Shown: positions 57,581 to 64,000 of the stretch, piece by piece
Layout of the letters: each line of letters starts with the position of its first letter
How positions within the stretch are numbered: the stretch's first letter is position 1
Virus record (IMG/VR): IMGVR_UViG_3300020162_002681
Coordinates: 82,233-146,232 of that record
Reading direction: 5' to 3' (one strand)
DNA from: a virus
Length of the DNA: 64,000 nucleotides
Notes under the pieces: model-generated
Database searches by the model: none
What the model was told of the DNA's origin: nothing
What the model saw: the letters and a program-made list of their open reading frames with translations, nothing else
Position numbers and translations under genes: made by a program

Positions 57581-58693
57581 ATGATAACAGACACTCTCGC
57601 CATTGACAACACCCCAAAATCTCTCCACATTAGTACCACAGGGGCATTCGGTCAGCTCGAAACATCTAAGGTAGTTCCTCACATTACCCCTGATGACATC
57701 ATCGAACAAGCTGAACTCGAAAAGTGGCAAGCATTCATGTATCCCAACATGAACGAAGATAATTTACCTGTAAATGAACTCAAGTCTAACTATATCCGCC
57801 AAGAATTTCTTAAAGAAGATGCAGTTGGTATCAACCCCATTTACCTAGAACAAGGACACATTGACCATCATGGGCGCAATTTCGCCCTCAAGGTTCCCAG
57901 TAAATATCGCATCATCCAATACCAAGATGGTTTGCGTTGGCTTGAAAGCTACACAATGGAAAGCTTGATTGAGATTCAAGATTGGCTTCTACTCGACTCT
58001 GGCGCAATTCTAGCGGTCAACAACCTCATTCCCGATGAAGTCCTCACGATTCAAGGCGAAGCAGACAAAATCACACCTTACATGATTTTCTGCTTATCTC
58101 ATGATGGAACGACACCTCGCGCAGTCTTCTTCAGCTCGTTTCGAGCGATTTGCAAGAACACTCTAATGATGGCTCTAGCTTCTGCGAAAGGCACTGAAAA
58201 GTTCTTTGGATTCGACCCCAAAAAAGGTAGTCACAAGTCACCGCAAGAACTCATGGCGATGGCTAAGAAGAACATCGACTTGGCTAAAACTAAGTTCCAC
58301 GATGAGACTGCTCCGCACCTCGAAGCTCTGCGTGACCTTCAACTTGACGAAAAAGTGGTTGACACACTCACTCGCGACCTCTTTGCAATCCGCCGCACAC
58401 AAGAAATTCCTTTGTTCCTCGATGAGGATGAGACTTATCCTAGCTCAATCAAGAACTACCACAAGTTCATGGACATCTACAGAAGCTTGTCTGATGTTGA
58501 TATCTTCGATGCAAGTCAGCACACTGGATACCGTTACGCCAATGCTGCGACCTCTTTTGTCAAGACTACTGGCAAGGATAATGGATTTGACCCTCTAGCT
58601 GGCTTCAAGGGCAATATGTTTGGCAAAGTTCGCAAAAATGCATCCGACTACCTAAGCGAGTTGCTACCTACAAAACACATCGGCGCGGCTTAA
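57581..58693 (+). CDS. DUF932-family protein
   Basis: YRIIQY, LSHDGT...FRAICKNTLMMAL. Confidence 0.8.
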   Translation: MITDTLAIDNTPKSLHISTTGAFGQLETSKVVPHITPDDIIEQAELEKWQAFMYPNMNEDNLPVNELKSNYIRQEFLKEDAVGINPIYLEQGHIDHHGRNFALKVPSKYRIIQYQDGLRWLESYTMESLIEIQDWLLLDSGAILAVNNLIPDEVLTIQGEADKITPYMIFCLSHDGTTPRAVFFSSFRAICKNTLMMALASAKGTEKFFGFDPKKGSHKSPQELMAMAKKNIDLAKTKFHDETAPHLEALRDLQLDEKVVDTLTRDLFAIRRTQEIPLFLDEDETYPSSIKNYHKFMDIYRSLSDVDIFDASQHTGYRYANAATSFVKTTGKDNGFDPLAGFKGNMFGKVRKNASDYLSELLPTKHIGAA

Positions 58694-58865
58694 GTCTTTA
58701 GGTGGATGCGTTGCCGCAAAACGTGTAGTAAATTAGCACAGAACCCGAAAAAGACGGCTTGCGCTGAGCAAGAGTCGCAGTTACCCGTATCCAACAAAGA
58801 ACGGTTGACGGCTGCTATAGGTTCTTTTCTCTTCTTTTTGTAATTAGCTATCAGGAGTATTCATT

Positions 58866-59369
58866 ATGTCTTACGCTAGAGTTCGAGTTGAAAAAATCGG
58901 TACATATTTCCAGTTAGAGATTGATGGCAAGGTTGCTAAGTTTGGTACAGATTCATCTAATATCTTGACAGGGGATATTAAGTCTGGCTCTGAATTTAAT
59001 GGAATTTTTTCTTCTAACTACGAAGTCCCTTTCTATAAGGGTTCCGTAAAACTACACATCAACTTCACAATGCCTTGGAGTATCGGGAATTATGTGGATA
59101 ACCCACTTGCAGAAATCCGCCGCAGAGTTCGATTGGTGCAAGAAACTTTTGCCAAAGCAGAGGCAGAAAAGGAAGTGTGGGAAGGTATTGTTGTGGGTTC
59201 ACTACTTACTGAGCCTGAGAAGCCAGAAACGTTTACTATCATCTACACTGGTAGTCAAGGTGAAGGGTACAAGTACGTTACCACAATCTCACGCTCTTTA
59301 TTACAAAACAAACTTTCCGAGTTCTCCAATCCAATTTTCGTATTCAAAGGTATACCTGAAACTGTATGA
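58866..59369 (+). CDS. Hypothetical protein, paralog of 54033..54599
   Basis: AGGAG Shine-Dalgarno; shared domain. Confidence 0.65.
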   Translation: MSYARVRVEKIGTYFQLEIDGKVAKFGTDSSNILTGDIKSGSEFNGIFSSNYEVPFYKGSVKLHINFTMPWSIGNYVDNPLAEIRRRVRLVQETFAKAEAEKEVWEGIVVGSLLTEPEKPETFTIIYTGSQGEGYKYVTTISRSLLQNKLSEFSNPIFVFKGIPETV

Positions 59370-59567
59370 GAAAGTTTACTGGCTTTGGCAAACGTGTATC
59401 TGGTATTACGTCCAAGCCACCAGTCCCAACCCCAACCAAACTCGAAATGAAGCGACCTCCTACTACGCCTCTAGAAGAAATGGCTCAGATATTCCGACTC
59501 ATTACTCGATAATCACTCTCGCGGTACTTAGAAGGCAAGTACCGCTTCATTTAATATAGGAGATATT

Positions 59568-59747
59568 ATGTTTGACGTTATTGAAGTTGCGATTGATTCT
59601 AGTAAAGTTCTTGCATTCATGACAGAGAATAAAACCGAAAAAAATGCTCAAGCTGTTGTGCAGATGGCTGTCTACCGTAGAGGTGTTGAAGCTAGCTTTT
59701 ATGCTGTTGTCGAAGCTGGTAAATATAAAATTGGAGATATATACTAA
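59568..59747 (+). CDS. Small hypothetical protein (59 aa)
   Basis: AGGAGA Shine-Dalgarno; preceded by the hairpin at 59521-59545. Confidence 0.6.
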   Translation: MFDVIEVAIDSSKVLAFMTENKTEKNAQAVVQMAVYRRGVEASFYAVVEAGKYKIGDIY

Positions 59748-59927
59748 TGTCTTATCCAAACTGGACTACCGAACCTTGCCTCAATTGTGGTGGTGATGTC
59801 CAAACTTATAGAACCACCACGACACCTTCAGATATAAAGTTGGTGTGTTTCAAGGACGATAGAAGTTTAGAGGTACATAAGAAAATCAAAAAAGTTTGTT
59901 GCGGTGATTGCAGTAAAAAGGTGCTAA

Positions 59928-60674
59928 ATGTATAGACTTAATGTTTGCAACTTGTCTGGTACTTTTGAGAAGAGTTTCGGGCTGAATGGTTTCTCTGAAG
60001 ATTACTATGCGTTGCTAAATGGTTTTAGAGATTTGGAAGGGTCTGTAAATACCTTTTATTGCAGTACAATGTCTGACAAAACGAAATTACGAGACTGGCT
60101 CACAAACTACAGGCTCTTCTGCAAGTTGTCGCATTTCTTCGATGACTTCAACTTCTTCATCAATGAGAGTGTAAGAACAAGAGCCGAACACGACTCGAAG
60201 CACTCGGTTGACAGACGTTTGCATGACTTCATTCGGCGCGTTGAGAGTATGAAAATTCCTCAGCAGACTCAAGATACTATTGCAGGTTTCTTGAAAATGC
60301 AGAGGGCGAAAGCTGCACTTATGGCTACAAGGGAAAATTCGTGGCTAGTTCCTGAAGGATTGCCTCAAGGCAAATTAAATATTTGGCACAGCAAAGCTAA
60401 ACTATACATCACCGACACTCACTTAGAAAAGCTTGGAGCAGCACTAAACAAAGAAGCTGAGATAGGCGAAGACGGACTGAACCAATTCGACCGAACTCGC
60501 ACCCAACTTTTGCAACAACTTGCTACTACTTTGCAGAAATTTCCTTACATGAGATTGGGTCAACTACTCTCAAATTCTCTTCCTGAAGGTACTGACATTT
60601 TCTATGTAACCGATGCTAGATTGATTCAACTACTAAAAGATTTCGAGGCGCAACATGGGAATCGAGATAAGTAA
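59928..60674 (+). CDS. Hypothetical protein
   Basis: 248 aa; C-terminal PYMRLGQLL...DIFYVTD module. Confidence 0.6.
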   Translation: MYRLNVCNLSGTFEKSFGLNGFSEDYYALLNGFRDLEGSVNTFYCSTMSDKTKLRDWLTNYRLFCKLSHFFDDFNFFINESVRTRAEHDSKHSVDRRLHDFIRRVESMKIPQQTQDTIAGFLKMQRAKAALMATRENSWLVPEGLPQGKLNIWHSKAKLYITDTHLEKLGAALNKEAEIGEDGLNQFDRTRTQLLQQLATTLQKFPYMRLGQLLSNSLPEGTDIFYVTDARLIQLLKDFEAQHGNRDK

Positions 60675-60843
60675 AGATTTCAGCTCTAGGGATATCAAGT
60701 TTATTACAAAGTGGTTCGATATTCAATTTTGTTTCCAAGGTATCCGATATTGGTCTTGGCAATTTAGAGTTGAAACTTCAGATTACCTAACTTTCATCGC
60801 ACTACCTACTTTAGACATTTACTTTTGGAGCAAAAAAACTAAT

Positions 60844-61428
60844 ATGGCTAGTACATCTTCTCTCATTGTGTGGCAACAAAGCGTAGCTGACTCCCTGCTT
60901 GCAAGATTGGAAGCGATTGACTCTCACTGCATCATTGCGGGAGGCGCTCCTAGAGACTGGTATTTAGGTCGTCAGGCTAAGGACTTGGACGTTTACCTCT
61001 ATGTGCCTCGAAACTCTTTACTAAGACACTTCAAGACGCAATTGGCAGCTATCGGCATTACTAACATCGAGCAGTCTACGCTTTCAATGGATGACGCTCG
61101 GTACATTATCAATCCACTTGTGCGCTGGGTTTTCAATTACGAAGAGGATGGTGAAAAGGTTCAGTTGATTGTGATGAAAGAGTCAACTTACACTAGCGTT
61201 GTGCAACACTTCCCACTCTCGATTTGCAAGGTTTGGTACAAGGGCGGTAAAATTATTCCGTATTCTCGCCAATTCACCGAGACAACTGACCGCAAAGCAA
61301 TCGTAAAAACTGGTACTGAGTATTCGTCTGATGGTTGGTACATCGACAAGATTCTGGCTAAATTCCCTGAGTTCACTTACTATGAATCGATGAGTGACTT
61401 TGTACTTGCTAACGACCTAACTACCTGA
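60844..61428 (+). CDS. Nucleotidyltransferase (CCA-adding/poly(A) polymerase head-like)
   Basis: IIAGGAPRD...KDLDVY signature; likely start MASTSS. Confidence 0.8.
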   Translation: MASTSSLIVWQQSVADSLLARLEAIDSHCIIAGGAPRDWYLGRQAKDLDVYLYVPRNSLLRHFKTQLAAIGITNIEQSTLSMDDARYIINPLVRWVFNYEEDGEKVQLIVMKESTYTSVVQHFPLSICKVWYKGGKIIPYSRQFTETTDRKAIVKTGTEYSSDGWYIDKILAKFPEFTYYESMSDFVLANDLTT

Positions 61429-61926
61429 AAAACTAACATAGACTACAAGCAAAATCATGAAACTCTACATATTCTTTTCTGCCCTAGCTGCGCTGGCTCT
61501 AAAGTTAGCGCACGATGTTCTTCCCGAAGTTCGCTTCGAGTTCCAAATCGATTGGTTCTGGTTCTGGGCGCTTCTTATTGTCGATGCTTGGATTATCTAC
61601 TCTGTTGTTTTCTTTCTACTTCAAGGGTGATGACATGGAGTTTGATTTTTCTCAACTCGAAAATTATGTTGCACCAATTGCAAATAATTGCAGATGGTTT
61701 GTTCAGTGGAACTCATACACCTACGACAAATCTTCCCCTCAGTATGGGCAGTGGCAAGATGCTAAAAACTGGAATACTGGAAGGTTTGGCTCAGATGAGT
61801 TTGGTGGTCACACTTCAGAAATCATGGCTCATGCATATGCTGCTGAAGCGAGTGAGTGGGGGGAGATTATCAAACCGAGTGAAGATACGAAACAGTACAT
61901 TAGAAATAAACATTGGCGCTATTAGT

Positions 61927-63837
61927 ATGTCTCCAGAACCAGACAGCATTCTTTCCTCATCTGTTTCCCTAGTCATTGATAACCATCACTGGTTTCGTCA
62001 GACTCACGGTGACAATATCACTTGGATTCCGATGTTCGCAGATTATTACTATGCCTATCGCGCAGTAGAAAAGCAGTGGTGGTACGTTGACGGGGAGAAG
62101 AAATTCAAAGTCGATGCAGTACCAGATACTGAAATTATCTACTGGAATCTTGTAATTCCTAAGCAAGAGCCATCACTCCCAAAACCTGAAGTTGATTTTC
62201 AAATCATTACTCCTGCCTACTGTCGAAAAATTTCCAACATTCAGTACTCCAATTTTGCTTGTAGGCATAAAGGGGTTTATTGGGTGAGACATTGGGAATT
62301 ATTTAGAGGCAATGTTAATTTTGTTCGTTGGCACTCCCCTGAAACCTCAGTAGAATATTTCTTTTCACTGAACGATAAATTCCAAAATGTTTGGCACACT
62401 AAGTCTGAGCCTGAAGCAGAGTTTGTTGAGATTAAAGAGATTCCAGATATTGAATTACAATACCAAGCAATTTATCAGGAGACGAAAAAGCCGTGAGTCA
62501 ACCACAGTATCGCCTCGTATCTCGCGGTCAGTCCTTCACTGGTGAAGAAGTAATCGAGCTTCACGTTTACAGTCAGTCTCGCGGTATATATCAAAAAATG
62601 CCAGTGAAAGTTACTATTAATCCAGAGTGTGTAATCAAGACACTCGAAGAGCTTGAGAATTGGGCTAAAGAGAGCTGGAGTACCCACTAATGAACGTAAA
62701 ACGTGTAGTTATAGTTGTCGAGCATGAAGATAGAGAGTGGAGTCGTACAGGCTCCGAGGAGAAAACTACTTGGGCAGAGAGTGTTAATGGTCTTCAGTAT
62801 CAAAAAATAGGTGAAGCAGACTGGCAACACACCTGCAATCGCGGATTGTCTTGGTTGAATTGCAGCAGCACTCCAATAATTGAGAAAGAATATCAGAGAA
62901 AGATTAATGAGTCAGTTTAAAGAGTTAGAATGCGTGACTGATGTTGTTTTTAAGGGTAATCATTGGAATCGTAGACAACTAGACAATTATATTCATTGGT
63001 GTTGCATTGAAGTAACTCACGAATATAAGTATGATGACCCTAGAGATGGTTGGCTATTCAGAAAATCCGTAAACCACTATTGGGATAGCTGCAACGTGCC
63101 TGAGATTGAGACTTTACATAGAAAAGCGGTAGCTAAATATGAGCAATTACAGTCAGCTTGAGTTTTGTCAAGTAGAAGAAGTGCGAGTTGTGACCCCCAA
63201 GAAAATCCACATCATTCACTGCCCTGAGCAAAAAGCGTTCAAAGTAATAGGTTCTTCCAGAGACATTACTAAATGTCTCTCAGAGCTTCAGAAAGGGAAT
63301 CCAATTACTTTGACCTGTTACGTAAGTTTTCACGGCACTAATGATACCAAGTGGACTATCCTCGATGATTGTAAAGAGTTCTCACTTCATGGTGATTGGC
63401 TGCAAGATAATGAGTCAGTTCGAGCATACCTCAACTCACAATTAAATATTTTGGTGAACTAAATGGAAATTTTGAAAACTATCACAACAGTGAATGCAGT
63501 TGGAGTATTTAACCAACTACGCCGTTATGAATATCCCAGTGGAATCATTGATTGGGTTACATTATCTCCTAGAAAAGAGTACAAACTTGAAAACGGGCAC
63601 TGGTCTTTATTTAACGAAGAAATTTGGAAGTATGAACCCCTAACCGAAAAACCTCCAACTTGGGAGCAAGAGTATCAAGAAGCACTTTTGTCACAACACC
63701 CCTTTGAAAAACGTGTCCGTGAGATTATCTCTACTGTATCTAAAGACATAGAGAATAGAGTCAACCATATCATGTGTGAAATAGCTGATGATGTAGACTT
63801 TGAAGACTTAGTTTCGGAGTATTTAGCAAAGACATGA
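61927..63837 (+). CDS. Cluster of small Trp-rich hypothetical genes (61927, 62493, 62690, 62908, 63463)
   Basis: Consecutive ORFs, most sharing W-x-R and P-x-x-E-x-x-Y-Q-like motifs. Confidence 0.5.
63139..63462 (+). CDS. Degenerate T5orf172/GIY-YIG-like protein
   Basis: IHII...KVIGSSRD...LQKGNP...HGDWL. Confidence 0.6.
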   Translation: MSNYSQLEFCQVEEVRVVTPKKIHIIHCPEQKAFKVIGSSRDITKCLSELQKGNPITLTCYVSFHGTNDTKWTILDDCKEFSLHGDWLQDNESVRAYLNSQLNILVN

Positions 63838-64000
63838 TTACCATAACCTACGAGTTTCAGTACCACCCTGAATGGGATTGTGTCGAAGAAGCAGATAATT
63901 GGCTTTTTTCCACAGAAGGGAAGGAGCTAGATGCTATTGAGATTGCAACCCTCATTAATTCCAAGAAATTGAAGGTACTAAGTCATCCTGTAGCAACAAA

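Noticed and set aside
59092-59559. 155-aa ORF
   Set aside because: It overlaps 58866..59369 out of frame; smaller coupled ORFs explain the region better.
1-64000. tRNA/rRNA genes, integrase, DGR or tail sheath
   Set aside because: I recognised no cloverleaf, rRNA-like sequence, recombinase, reverse transcriptase or sheath motifs; the boxA is not followed by rRNA.

Overview
This window is part of a large tailed-phage genome, siphovirus-like and probably infecting a cyanobacterium. The left arm (1-~43,950, mostly minus strand) is the virion module. It holds tail fibres, tail-tip genes, a 1,923-aa tape measure, a tail chaperone with a -1 frameshift site, neck genes, a frameshifted GIY-YIG homing endonuclease, the major capsid, decoration, scaffold and prohead protease genes, a GH19 endolysin, a gpF-like head protein and TerL; the TerS candidate is on the plus strand. 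No portal or sheath gene was recognised. A ~1.4 kb non-coding switch region is followed by a plus-strand arm of many small early-type genes (~45,440-64,000). Two systems stand out. (1) The early transcript looks like an rRNA operon: a sigma70 promoter, a boxB-like hairpin and a cyanobacterial-type boxA are followed by three ORFs, each enclosed in its own long-range stem with an identically placed pair of C.A mismatches. (2) A dispersed set of putative capsid-cargo (poly)proteins is punctuated by an A-[N/D/E]-F motif shared with the protease and scaffold; the set includes a kinase domain, a KTSC-like domain and repeated Gly-zipper modules. All calls come from reading the sequence by eye; no database searches were run.
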